Source: an uncultured Anaerolineales bacterium (GTDB lineage: Bacteria > Chloroflexota > Anaerolineae > Anaerolineales > UBA11858). Taken from it: a stretch of 64,000 nucleotides of DNA. Position 1 is the stretch's first letter. Each line of letters begins with the position of its first letter. Below, one piece after another: positions 29,356 to 38,828 of the stretch. A program made the translations under genes and the position numbers. Location of the stretch: the NCBI GenBank assembly GCA_964481465.1, contig CAYZTL010000011.1, forward strand, positions 38,022-102,021, given 5' to 3'. A model generated the notes under the pieces. It made no database searches. It worked only from the letters and a program-made list of their open reading frames with translations, and was not told the origin of the DNA.

Positions 29356-29677
29356 AGTTCGAGGATGGGGGATCCTCAAACGGAACCAATCTTCCCTTCG
29401 TTTCATGTACGGCAGGACACCATGTCCACCATCCCCCTCAGAGAAATGCCACACAAATTGGATGTCAACTTGCTAAAGGGCAGAGATGTCACTGATCCAT
29501 CTCCGCTAGACCAAACTGTCACTCTGGTAGTTGGTGAAAAGATTTGCGAAAAGAAATTCCTGATCAACACTGGAGATATTGCGATCCGTCTCCCCCTTTG
29601 GGGCAATGAATTAGAGAATGTCTTATATAGAAAAATGATGGCGTGCCAGGTGTGAAGGCTGTTTCCCCGTTTGGATT

Positions 29678-30358
29678 TCATCTAACATCTTCATTATTGG
29701 CTTCGCTTTCATTGATCAAAGCGAGGTACGCAGCAGCTTCTTCCCGATTGTCCACATCCAACTTTTGGAGGATGCTGTGGACGTGGTTTTTCACGGTACC
29801 CAATTCAATATGTAATTCGTTAGCGATCTCCCTATTGGTTAACCCTTCCCCTATATGCTCCAAGACCTCCATTTCCCGAGGGGTAAGATCGATAGGATCT
29901 CGGATCACGTCTTCTACCTCAGAGAACAAATCAGACAGAGTCGCCAGTCGATCCATGATCGCTTCTGCAACTCGGGGGGAAACGACCGCTTTGTCTTCCG
30001 CTGTAACATGAATGCGTTCAATTAGCTCTTCTACCGAATGTTCTTTTAAAACGTACCCATCTGCTCCAGCCTCTATGAACCTGAGAATTTGCGTTTTGGA
30101 TTCCGTCATCCCCAAAACGATGATTTTTTTATCTTCCTCCGAAGCAGATAATGCCTTCACCAATTTCATGGCTCCATTATTGGGAAAACCAGCGCTGACC
30201 AACAACATATCATAACTCTCTCTTGCGCTTAAGACCTCCTCCACTTCTGAAGCTGTGCTGACCACTTCGATATCGGGGTCATCATCCAATAGCGAAACCA
30301 GCATATTAGAGACGAGTTGTGTTTCACTGGCAACGAGAACCTTAATTGGTCCGGGCAT
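29678..30358 (-). CDS. NarL/LuxR-family response regulator with an atypical receiver
   Basis: C-terminal LTPREMEVLE..G.GLTNREIA..L.I...TVKNHVHSIL.KL HTH; Ser at the phosphoacceptor position (DMLLVS). Confidence 0.9.
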   Translation of the reverse strand: MPGPIKVLVASETQLVSNMLVSLLDDDPDIEVVSTASEVEEVLSARESYDMLLVSAGFPNNGAMKLVKALSASEEDKKIIVLGMTESKTQILRFIEAGADGYVLKEHSVEELIERIHVTAEDKAVVSPRVAEAIMDRLATLSDLFSEVEDVIRDPIDLTPREMEVLEHIGEGLTNREIANELHIELGTVKNHVHSILQKLDVDNREEAAAYLALINESEANNEDVR

Positions 30359-30535
30359 TCACACCTCACGTTTTTATTGTATATCAACCAACCGCATTTT
30401 ACCATTACATGCTTCTATTTTTCACACAAAACAATTCCCAAAGTCTTGCTTTCCATCCCCCTGATCAGGTTTTCTAAAAAGAGTATAATGGGATCGTACA
30501 CATGTCTTTAAAGCGTTATCTAAGGAGCCTTCTCC

Positions 30536-31447
30536 ATGAGATCTGATTATATTTGGATGGACGGCGAACTCATCCCCTATCAAGACGCGAAAGTTCACGT
30601 TCTAACGCCAACCTTGCATTATGGTCTGGGAGTATTCGAAGGCATCCGCGCATACCAAACTTCACAAGGAACTGCGGTATTCCGGTTAAAAGATCACCTG
30701 GAGAGGTTCCTGGAATCCGCCCACATTGCCGGCATACGCGATTTCCCTTATTCTTTGGATGAGTTATTTTCGGCGACAATGGAAACCATCCAGGTCAACA
30801 AATTAAAAACCTGCTACATCAGGCCCTTCATTTACATGAAAGGCCCTTTGGGGATCAATCCCGATGAATGGAGCCCAGCGGTGAGCATCGCTGCCTGGGA
30901 ATGGGGACCTTATTTAGGCGAAGAAGCGGTTGAAAATGGGATTCACCTCATGGTCTCCTCCTTTACCCGTCATCACATAAACGTGATGATGACTAAAGCG
31001 AAGATCTCTGGAAACTACGTCAATTCAGCGTATGCTAAATCCCTGGCTGTAAGGTCGGGGTTTGACGAGGCTGTATTGTTGGACCCCGAGGGATATATCG
31101 CAGAATGCAGCGGAGAGAATATCTTCCTCATCAAAAATGAGACGTTGTACACGCCCCCCCTGGGCGCTATATTGGAAGGGATTACCAGAGATTGCATCAT
31201 CACCCTGGCTGAGGATCAAGATCTAACAGTGAAGGAAGAGCAGATCTCCCGAGACCAATTGTATGGCGGGGATGAAGTCTTTATCTGCGGCACCGCCGCG
31301 GAAGTGGTTCCTGTCCGGGAGATCGACCATCGCTTGATCGGGAAAGGAGAGCGGGGACCAATAACCACCCGGCTCCAAAAGGCCTATCATGATGCTGTCC
31401 GAGGCCGCCATCCCCGATCTGATCAGTGGCTGGACTACCTCACATAG
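30536..31447 (+). CDS. ilvE: Branched-chain amino acid aminotransferase
   Basis: LHYGLGVFEGIRAY, AKISGNY (PLP Lys), ECSGENIF, LEGITR, GTAAEV.P. Confidence 0.97.
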   Translation: MRSDYIWMDGELIPYQDAKVHVLTPTLHYGLGVFEGIRAYQTSQGTAVFRLKDHLERFLESAHIAGIRDFPYSLDELFSATMETIQVNKLKTCYIRPFIYMKGPLGINPDEWSPAVSIAAWEWGPYLGEEAVENGIHLMVSSFTRHHINVMMTKAKISGNYVNSAYAKSLAVRSGFDEAVLLDPEGYIAECSGENIFLIKNETLYTPPLGAILEGITRDCIITLAEDQDLTVKEEQISRDQLYGGDEVFICGTAAEVVPVREIDHRLIGKGERGPITTRLQKAYHDAVRGRHPRSDQWLDYLT

Positions 31448-31466
31448 ACAACCCATAGAATCATAA

Positions 31467-31498
31467 AAACCTGAAGCGGAAATCACTACTTCAGGTTT
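31467..31498. terminator. Bidirectional terminator between ilvE and fpr
   Basis: 10-bp stem aaacctgaag/cttcaggttt. Confidence 0.75.
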
Positions 31499-31522
31499 AT
31501 CTACTGCCGTTCAAACCTCCGC

Positions 31523-32329
31523 TCAAGTCCAATATTCTTCGATATGCAGCGAGCCAGGATCCCGCCTGGTGTGCCGCTTGTAGCCACGCTCCTTTAATAT
31601 CTCAGATACATTCTCCACCATCTTGGGATTTCCGCATAAGAAAAAGTGCGTCTTTTCAGGGTTGATTTCAATGCCCGTCTCCGATTCGATAACTTTCTCC
31701 TCCAGCATCTCCTCAATCCACAACTCGTATCCTGTCCAAGTTTCGTTCGCGCTTGTCAAGGTGGGGATATATCGGAAGTTTTGAAAATTCTCTTCTAAAA
31801 ATGTCAGTTCACTCGAATACCCTAAATCCCACTGCTTTGCAGCCCCCTGGATTACGACCATTTGTTGTTCAGGTCGACTCGTGATATAAGAACGCAGAAA
31901 ACTGATGTAGGGCGCAATGCCGGTCCCAGTGGCGATCATGACGATGTCATTCCCGGGAGGGGTATCCGCTAATTTGAAGGTGCCCACGATCCGCTTACTG
32001 ACATAAAGCCGATCTCCCGTGTTTAACTGGAAAAGTCGCGGCGTCAGCTGACCTGATTTCACCTGGGTGATATAAAACTCAAATTGTTTCTTTTGGTGTT
32101 TGGAAGAGGCAATAGAATATGGGCGTTGGATCAATTCATCTTTTTCACAGGGGATAGACTCCTCCGTTGAATTCGGCGATCGAGCCTCGTAACCATATAA
32201 ACCGATCACGGTGTACTGCCCAGCTTCAAATTCATCTCGCGGTTCATCTGTGACCACCTGTAAAATAATAAGATCGGGCGTCAATTGGATTTTCCCAACC
32301 ACCGTCGCGTTGTATTTGGATTCCTGCAT
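31523..32329 (-). CDS. fpr: Ferredoxin--NADP+ reductase
   Basis: AGQY, RPYSIAS, G.LTPRL, MIATGTGIAPY, FLCGNPKMV, H.EEYW. Start at ATG 32329 after GGAGG. Confidence 0.92.
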   Translation of the reverse strand: MQESKYNATVVGKIQLTPDLIILQVVTDEPRDEFEAGQYTVIGLYGYEARSPNSTEESIPCEKDELIQRPYSIASSKHQKKQFEFYITQVKSGQLTPRLFQLNTGDRLYVSKRIVGTFKLADTPPGNDIVMIATGTGIAPYISFLRSYITSRPEQQMVVIQGAAKQWDLGYSSELTFLEENFQNFRYIPTLTSANETWTGYELWIEEMLEEKVIESETGIEINPEKTHFFLCGNPKMVENVSEILKERGYKRHTRRDPGSLHIEEYWT

Positions 32330-32408
32330 CCGTACCTCCCTCAACGAATAAAATCGAAAATCGAAGGTATTATATGTCAAGAGGGAGGAAAAAGAAAGCG
32401 GGAATGGA

Positions 32409-33263
32409 TCACCGCTCAACCACAAAAGCCACACCCACCAACCCTGACCCCGCATGCACCGATAAACCGGGATTGATTTCGTAATATGGCGTAGATTCCA
32501 GGCATTGAATCTCGTTGCATAACTGTTCTTTGAAAACCTCGGCGTCTTCTAAGGCGTCCGCGTGCAATACGGATAACTTTTCAACCCCCTTGTTTCCAAC
32601 CTGTTCACGGACGAGTTCAACCACACGCTGCCAGGATTTCCCTTTCGTGCGAACCTTCTCAAGCAGGTCCAGTTTCCCATCCTGGATTGAGAGGATGGGC
32701 TTTATGTTGAGCAAATTAGCCATACCCGCAGATAAATGGCCGATCCGTCCACTCATGGCCATATACCTCAAGGTGGAAAGGGCAGCGTACAAATGCGACC
32801 TGTCCCTGATTTCTTGGACTTGATCGACGATCTCGTCTACCTTTTTCCCTTGTCTGGCGAGTTTTGCCGCCTCCAAGACCATATATCCTTGACCCAAGCT
32901 CAAGCTTCTGGTGTCCACAACCCTCACCATCCCACCCTCGATCATGTCCTTTCCGGTCAAGGCGGATTTATAGGTCGCGCTCACCTCACCGCTGACCGTG
33001 AAACATAAAATCTCTTCAGCCCCGCTATCCAACGCTTTTTGATAGGCATCCGCAAAATCACCCGGTGAAGGTGCTGAGGTCGTCGGCAATTCCCCTTCCC
33101 GGTCTATCCTCGCAAATGTCTGCGCACAATCGATCTCTTCCACGTCTTTGAATGTCTCCTCACCGAAATGAATGGTAATCGGGACCTGGATAATCCCATA
33201 CTCTTCTGCAACTTGTATGGGAAGGCTGGAATCCGTATCGGTGACTATCCTTATTCTTGGCAT
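32409..33263 (-). CDS. DegV-family fatty acid-binding protein
   Basis: IVTDTDSSLP, PTTSAPSPG, VSGEVSATY, VDTRSLS.G.G, GRIG, LNIKPIL, VHAG.G.VG. Start at 33263. Confidence 0.93.
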   Translation of the reverse strand: MPRIRIVTDTDSSLPIQVAEEYGIIQVPITIHFGEETFKDVEEIDCAQTFARIDREGELPTTSAPSPGDFADAYQKALDSGAEEILCFTVSGEVSATYKSALTGKDMIEGGMVRVVDTRSLSLGQGYMVLEAAKLARQGKKVDEIVDQVQEIRDRSHLYAALSTLRYMAMSGRIGHLSAGMANLLNIKPILSIQDGKLDLLEKVRTKGKSWQRVVELVREQVGNKGVEKLSVLHADALEDAEVFKEQLCNEIQCLESTPYYEINPGLSVHAGSGLVGVAFVVER

Positions 33264-33440
33264 AGCAAAACCTCTCTTCCTGGATAATAGTCCTTTCATA
33301 AAACGTATCATGTAGTATAACCAAAACCCATCCCCAATAGTTACGGGAAATAATGGAGAAGAAGTCACTAAAAAATATTTCCCTTACACACCCTTTGCCA
33401 TCTGGTATGATTGAATACAAGTTGCAGACAGGAGAAAAGA

Positions 33441-34541
33441 ATGCCGCTCAGGATTGGAATTATCGGTTTGCCTAATGTAGGTAAGAGCACGACCTTCAAT
33501 GCCCTTACCCAAGCTCAAAATGCAGAAGTAGCCAACTATCCATTTTGCACCATTGAACCTAATAAAGCCATCGTCCCCGTCCCCGATGACCGCCTGGATA
33601 AACTGGCTTCACTGGTCAATGTGGATCAAGTCATTCATACGACCATTGAGTTCATGGACATCGCTGGTTTGGTCAAGGGGGCCAGCGAGGGAGAGGGATT
33701 AGGGAACCAGTTCCTGGGACAAATCCGCAACACGGATGCCTTGCTCCATATCGTGCGCTGTTTTGAAGACCCTAATGTCGTCCATGTCAGCGGGGATATT
33801 GAACCCCACACCGATATCGAAGTCATTCAAGTGGAATTAGCCTTGGCTGACCTAGAACAAATTGATCGAAAAATCGAGAAACTCCAACGCGAAACCAAGG
33901 GGGATAAAAAATTGCTGCCCACCCTAGAAATGGCGCAAGAAATAAGAGACCATCTCCAAACCGGATCCCCACTTTTGTCTTTTCCCCTCCGCTCGGATCC
34001 CCATTTCCAAACCCTTAATAAAGAAATGCGTTTTTTAACCAGCAAACCGGTCATCTATGTCGCCAATGTTGACGAGAGTGAACTCGACCATGACAGCGAA
34101 TCCGTAAAAATAGTGAAGGAGATCGCTCAAAAACAGGATGCAGAAGTGGTCAAACTTTGCGCTGTATTGGAAGAGGAAATGATCGGCTTGGAAACTGAAG
34201 AGAAAGAAGAACTCCTCGCCTTGGTGGGTGTAGACGAGAGCGGTTTAAACCAGGTGATCCGGAAAAGCTACCGGATTCTAGATCTGATCAGTTTCTTTAC
34301 ATTCAACGAATACGAAGCTCGGGCATGGACTGTCCCGCAAGGCACAACCGCGCATGAAGCAGCTGGCGTTATCCATACCGATTTCCAAAAAGGGTTCATA
34401 AAAGCGGAAGTCATCCCTTTCCCGGTAATTGAGAAGTACGGTTCTAAATCAGCCGCCAAAGAAGCTGGTAAAGTCCGTGTGGAAGGCAGGGATTACGTGG
34501 TTCAGGATGGGGACATCATCTATTTCCGCTTCAACGTTTGA
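33441..34541 (+). CDS. ychF: Redox-regulated ATPase YchF
   Basis: GLPNVGKST, NYPFCTIEPN, DIAGLVKGAS.GEGLGNQFL, HTDF.KGFI.AEV, Y.VQDGDII.FRFNV. Confidence 0.98.
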   Translation: MPLRIGIIGLPNVGKSTTFNALTQAQNAEVANYPFCTIEPNKAIVPVPDDRLDKLASLVNVDQVIHTTIEFMDIAGLVKGASEGEGLGNQFLGQIRNTDALLHIVRCFEDPNVVHVSGDIEPHTDIEVIQVELALADLEQIDRKIEKLQRETKGDKKLLPTLEMAQEIRDHLQTGSPLLSFPLRSDPHFQTLNKEMRFLTSKPVIYVANVDESELDHDSESVKIVKEIAQKQDAEVVKLCAVLEEEMIGLETEEKEELLALVGVDESGLNQVIRKSYRILDLISFFTFNEYEARAWTVPQGTTAHEAAGVIHTDFQKGFIKAEVIPFPVIEKYGSKSAAKEAGKVRVEGRDYVVQDGDIIYFRFNV

Positions 34542-34579
34542 GACTCTTTCTTTCATCCCCTTTCTTTCGTAAAAACCCT

Positions 34580-34795
34580 TCATGGCGGAGTAATTCCCTG
34601 AAATAAGTCCTTTCTTGAGATCACCGTTTTCGCCCCGTTCACGCCCACAATGATTTGGGCTGCTGAAGGAGAATAACCCAGAAATGTCACCGTTCGATAT
34701 GTGACAGATTTACTAGATAGTCCCTTCTCTTTATAAAGGTATCTTTGCCCTTGATCAAGCTTTTCTGGCCGCTCAAGATTCCTACTCCCCATCAT
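34580..34795 (-). CDS. Small hypothetical protein
   Basis: RBS and ATG 34795; V.FLGY.PS.A.IIV...G....SR.DLF pattern that I recall from small Anaerolineae proteins (recollection, not a search result). Confidence 0.55.
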   Translation of the reverse strand: MMGSRNLERPEKLDQGQRYLYKEKGLSSKSVTYRTVTFLGYSPSAAQIIVGVNGAKTVISRKDLFQGITPP

Positions 34796-35029
34796 CTCTT
34801 CTTCCCTCGATACCTCTCCTAATGTCAACGCTGCACCCCCTTCAACCTAAAAATACCGAACGTTTGTTCGAGATTATTATAACGGAAAGTTGCCATTTAC
34901 CAAGGGGAAATGGAGAGTACACCCAGGGGGTAACCACATAGGGGATCTTCGAAAATCCCCCATCATTATTTGCCTAATGACTATTTTTGGGAAACAAAGG
35001 ATGCATCTCCCCCACAATACGCAAGATAT

Positions 35030-35437
35030 TCAGGCGAGCTGCGTGCGAATGCGCTTGACAGCTCGGTTCGTCACTCGGCGGTAATAATGGTCAGGAGGGA
35101 CTAAAGCAGCCAGGACCAAAGTGTCCTCCTCGTACGCGATACATCGACATACCAGGCAGAATCGGTTCTGATCCCGAATGGTAATTTCATTGATACCATT
35201 CATATCAAGTTGATTTTGGAGATCACGACTTAATCTCTGCAGCATAGCTACCAAAGCGCCAGTAGAGTCACCTTCCAAATCATCAGGCGCGACAGCGATA
35301 GGCAACCCTTCCCCGGTTGCCAAAACAGACTGGTGAAAGCCCCCTTCGGCATTCATTTTTTTCAAGATATCGACAAATGGCATTTCCTGGTCGTGATCTT
35401 CACCATGCATGTTACTTACCATCCATACCCTCGTCAA
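35030..35437 (-). CDS. Roadblock/LC7 domain protein
   Basis: LKKMNAEGGFHQSVLATGEGLPIA, ALVAML, NEITIRD, L.L.ALVP pattern. Confidence 0.85.
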   Translation of the reverse strand: MTRVWMVSNMHGEDHDQEMPFVDILKKMNAEGGFHQSVLATGEGLPIAVAPDDLEGDSTGALVAMLQRLSRDLQNQLDMNGINEITIRDQNRFCLVCRCIAYEEDTLVLAALVPPDHYYRRVTNRAVKRIRTQLA

Positions 35438-35450
35438 TCACCTTCGAAAT

Positions 35451-36035
35451 TTAGAATCTATGCTGCGTTTTGTTTACCACGCGATTGATGATCATTTTCA
35501 GCCCGTCTAAAACCCCGTCTCCCCGGATGGCGATCGTCTCAATGGTGGGAATCCCGTTCATCCCTAAATGCCCTTTGATCACATGGACGGGAACGATGTC
35601 TTCTAAATCCCGTTTATTGCACTGCAGAACCAGGGGCATTTTTTCAGGATCGAACCCCAAATCCCGTAAATCCCTTCTCATATCCCTCACTGCCTGCACA
35701 TTTTCGACCAGCCGTCGCCGCTGGGAGTCCGCAACAAAAACGACCCCATCTGACCCTTTCAGGACCAATTTTCGCGTCTGTTTGTAATACACTTGCCCGG
35801 GTACCGTGTATATGTTAAAGCGAGGTTTCAACCCCGCAATTTTCCCCAATTCTATTTGCATGTAATCGAAATAGAGCGTCCTGTCCTCCCGCGTTTTCAG
35901 CGAAACCAAATCCCCCCGTCGATTGGGATGTGTCTTCCTGTGAATATACTGCAAGGTGGTCGTTTTTCCGCTCAGGGAGGGACCATAATAGACGATTTTA
36001 AGGTTGATTTCCCTTAGTTTCCAATTTATGTACAT
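35451..36035 (-). CDS. mglA: MglA-family small GTPase
   Basis: INLKIVYYGPSLSGKTT, DRTLYFD, YTVPGQVYY..TR.LVL.G.DGVVFVADSQ, Q.NKRDL, A..G.GV. Confidence 0.95.
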   Translation of the reverse strand: MYINWKLREINLKIVYYGPSLSGKTTTLQYIHRKTHPNRRGDLVSLKTREDRTLYFDYMQIELGKIAGLKPRFNIYTVPGQVYYKQTRKLVLKGSDGVVFVADSQRRRLVENVQAVRDMRRDLRDLGFDPEKMPLVLQCNKRDLEDIVPVHVIKGHLGMNGIPTIETIAIRGDGVLDGLKMIINRVVNKTQHRF

Positions 36036-36044
36036 ACCTTTAAA

Positions 36045-36539
36045 TCAATCATCAGAAAATGCTTGCTCTAACTCTCTTGTCAGTCCCGACTTGAAATCTT
36101 CTGAATCAACCGGGTTGGGTTGGCCAATGACCTCTTCGAATTCAATGGTCAACTCCCGTAATTTTTCAACTGCCCGTTTGGCAAATAATCGCACCAAGCC
36201 GATAGGCGTCTCTGCCCTGAAGATGACAATCAAGATGAAACTTCCAGCGATATTATGGAGATAGATGCTCTTTTTATCCCCCTCATGAAAAAAGGATCCA
36301 TGCGGGTTATCCTCTCCGATTTGGCGGGTAAGTTCTCCCATCGCAGCCACATCACCAGCCGCTAAAGCGGCTACAGTGGAAGGCGTACCATCCACCAGTT
36401 GTCCCTGCGTGGCAATAACCTGCCCACTCACATCCGCTAAAATAATGCAATCCGTTCGCGTTTTCTGCTGCAAGTGGTCCAGGATATGGTCTATCTTCCC
36501 CATTAGATCTTCAGGCAAAGAAAGTCCATTTGACATCAT
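36045..36539 (-). CDS. mglB: MglB-like roadblock protein (GAP)
   Basis: ILADVSGQVI, AALAAGDVAA..EL...IGE, FFHEG.K.SIY, LIVIF....PIGLVRL. Confidence 0.9.
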   Translation of the reverse strand: MMSNGLSLPEDLMGKIDHILDHLQQKTRTDCIILADVSGQVIATQGQLVDGTPSTVAALAAGDVAAMGELTRQIGEDNPHGSFFHEGDKKSIYLHNIAGSFILIVIFRAETPIGLVRLFAKRAVEKLRELTIEFEEVIGQPNPVDSEDFKSGLTRELEQAFSDD

Positions 36540-36571
36540 TTGCTCCTCATCTACTGCTAATGCTTTCCCGC

Positions 36572-36600
36572 ATTATACCCTCAACCCGCTTCCAGGTGAA
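36572..36600 (-). promoter_or_regulatory. Internal sigma70 promoter for mglB-mglA-roadblock
   Basis: TTCACC-N17-TATAAT on the minus strand, ~30 nt upstream of the mglB RBS. Confidence 0.65.
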
Positions 36601-36675
36601 AGACAACTTCAATAACAGCTCCGATCTTTACTTCAGGGGTTTATTTCTTATCCCTTATCCGGTCCAGGAAACACT

Positions 36676-37458
36676 TCACTTTCGCAGCCTTTCGATTGCC
36701 GCCTTTAAACTGGTCCTCATTCGTTCAATGGATTCAGCCAACTCTTCCATTTCATCACCGGTATTAACTTCGATGGGCACATCCAAATCACCCCGGCTGA
36801 TGGAATCTGCGGCTTTACCAAGTTGAGAAACGGATCGCGTGATCCCCCGACTGATGATAAATGCCGAAACAACGGCTATGATGATGCTGACCCCGCCTAA
36901 TCCGATCGCGACATAGATCATAATATCTGTGTTCCTTTCCAGGGCGTCAGCTTTCCTGCTTAGTTTTTCCAGTTCTTTCTCATAGAACTGGTCGATAAGA
37001 GGGTTCAAATTATCCTCAGCAAAGCCGTCTGCTTCTCCCAATTCTCTTTTTATTTCCGATGTGTTCCCGGGATAATTTTCATAGACATAAATGGCATCAT
37101 CCAACATCTTTTTATGTTTTTTTCGGGCGGAGAGGATCTCACGCAATCCGGAGGGGATTTCTCCGGGCATGGCCTCAATGGCAGTCTCCCATTCTCCAAA
37201 CTTTTCCCGAGCTTGTTGCATTTTTTCCAATCCGCTGGGATCGCCATTAAGAACATATTGACCGATACCCACCCGTTCATTCAACAGCGCCTCTTTGCTT
37301 TGGTTTGTCAGCTGATTCACTTCCTGCAAATAAATCAACTCTTCCGTGAGGTTCTGAGATCGATTTAAACTGTAGATGCTAATCCCCGTCACGATAGCCA
37401 ATAAAAACACAACAATGCCAAACCCAATTGCCAATTTATTCGCGATTGATAATTTCAT
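36676..37458 (-). CDS. Membrane sensor: TM-helical bundle-TM-HAMP, no output domain
   Basis: MKLSIANKLAIGFG TM1, periplasmic-type helices, TM2, HAMP (ITRSV..L..AAD.IS.GDLDVPI....DE...LAESIERMR.SL), then stop. Confidence 0.88.
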   Translation of the reverse strand: MKLSIANKLAIGFGIVVFLLAIVTGISIYSLNRSQNLTEELIYLQEVNQLTNQSKEALLNERVGIGQYVLNGDPSGLEKMQQAREKFGEWETAIEAMPGEIPSGLREILSARKKHKKMLDDAIYVYENYPGNTSEIKRELGEADGFAEDNLNPLIDQFYEKELEKLSRKADALERNTDIMIYVAIGLGGVSIIIAVVSAFIISRGITRSVSQLGKAADSISRGDLDVPIEVNTGDEMEELAESIERMRTSLKAAIERLRK

Positions 37459-37528
37459 CGTTACCTCTCCTTTTGACTTGTCGTGGACGCTTCCATTCTC
37501 ATGAAAGGTGTGAAAGGTCGATCATAGA

Positions 37529-38323
37529 TTAAGAAGCACTTTTCAAGGTTTCCAGGATCACTTTTTGGAAATGAGCTCTTTTCTTGTCCTCTTCGATTTC
37601 CTCGCTTAACCGCTCTACAAGTTTAGCTGCCTTGTGCCTCGGGAATTGATCCCGTTGTTCACCCAGGGATTTTATTTCGTCCTCAATGATCACCGGCCCC
37701 AAAGGCCCTAATATATCTGTGAACTCATCCAACAAGGTTTCGAAAAATTCCCCGCTGACGGTTTCTGCAGTTGGTTTTTCTTTTTCCTCTCCAACTTCTA
37801 ATAACCCCGCCTTGGTCAAGCTGTACAGTATTTTGGCGATTTCAAACTCATTTCTACCCAATATTCTGGACAAATCCTCAATGCTCCGCTTCCCATTCAC
37901 TTGGGCCAAAACCTGCCATTCCGTAGGCTCCAAACTCACCGTCTCAGGGGACCCGGTTGGGGACAGTTTGAAGATAATGTCACTGGTCGGGATCATCTTT
38001 TTGATATCCCGCCACTCTTCATTTTTACGCGCAGCTTCCAGTAAGATCTGTTCGGTTGCCAGCTCGACCGACTCTTCAGGCGCATCAACATCCGGGGTAA
38101 AACTAAAACCCCCATCCATCCAACCCATCATGGTGTAAACCGCCCGCTCTCCCATTTGAGCGCCAGTAGCGGCATGGACCAAACTGCCTTGATGGAGGTA
38201 AATCTCACCCCGGATCCTACCCTGAGACAAGGATAATTTTCCCGTGCGGTCGCTGGAACTCAACATTTTTAATACGTCTATCAAAGGTAATTGCTCTAAA
38301 TTTCCTTTGAGAACTTCAGCCAT
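37529..38323 (-). CDS. DUF4388 domain protein with wHTH-like and helical C-terminal parts
   Basis: LKGNL..LPL.DVL.ML....TG.L.L, G.IYL..G.LVHA..G...GE.AV, EQILLEAARK.EEW, EWQVLA.VNG.RSI. Confidence 0.88.
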   Translation of the reverse strand: MAEVLKGNLEQLPLIDVLKMLSSSDRTGKLSLSQGRIRGEIYLHQGSLVHAATGAQMGERAVYTMMGWMDGGFSFTPDVDAPEESVELATEQILLEAARKNEEWRDIKKMIPTSDIIFKLSPTGSPETVSLEPTEWQVLAQVNGKRSIEDLSRILGRNEFEIAKILYSLTKAGLLEVGEEKEKPTAETVSGEFFETLLDEFTDILGPLGPVIIEDEIKSLGEQRDQFPRHKAAKLVERLSEEIEEDKKRAHFQKVILETLKSAS

Positions 38324-38413
38324 TCTTCTCCTCCTGATACGATTCCCTTGCCTGGATCCATTTAGAATCTACGCTAAAATAAATTCCATATCAAATAAAA
38401 CCCTCTCCTCTCT

Positions 38414-38818
38414 TTAACTAATAGCTTCTCCCTTCAATCTTTGTTTTTGATGGGTTTTCAAAAATTTTCGGACCCGAGGGTTCTCGTCCCACTGATTCAT
38501 GACCACATTCATGGTCAACCGAAGCAAAGAGATGTCCACTTCAAGCTGGCAAATAATGACCAACACCGCTTTCTTCAAATCCTTCAACACGACCCGTGAC
38601 CGCCCAAATACATATTCCACATCAGTATAATTATCACTTTCTGACTCTAGCGCAGCCAGGAATGGAAGGACCAGGTTTCCTATCTCCTGAATTTCATCAG
38701 GATGTAGATCTACCTTAGCCATCTCCCTTAATACATGACCTTGATTATCATATAACAGACATGCCTTAACATCTGCCACATCAAGGATTTCCACCAAACC
38801 CTCTTCCATTTGCTTCAA
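38414..38818 (-). CDS. Roadblock/longin-like small protein
   Basis: ILDVADVKACLLYDNQG.VL, V.Y.FG..RVVL..L...VLVIIC, D..LLRLT.NV pattern. Confidence 0.7.
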   Translation of the reverse strand: MKQMEEGLVEILDVADVKACLLYDNQGHVLREMAKVDLHPDEIQEIGNLVLPFLAALESESDNYTDVEYVFGRSRVVLKDLKKAVLVIICQLEVDISLLRLTMNVVMNQWDENPRVRKFLKTHQKQRLKGEAIS

Positions 38819-38828
38819 CCTCCACTCT

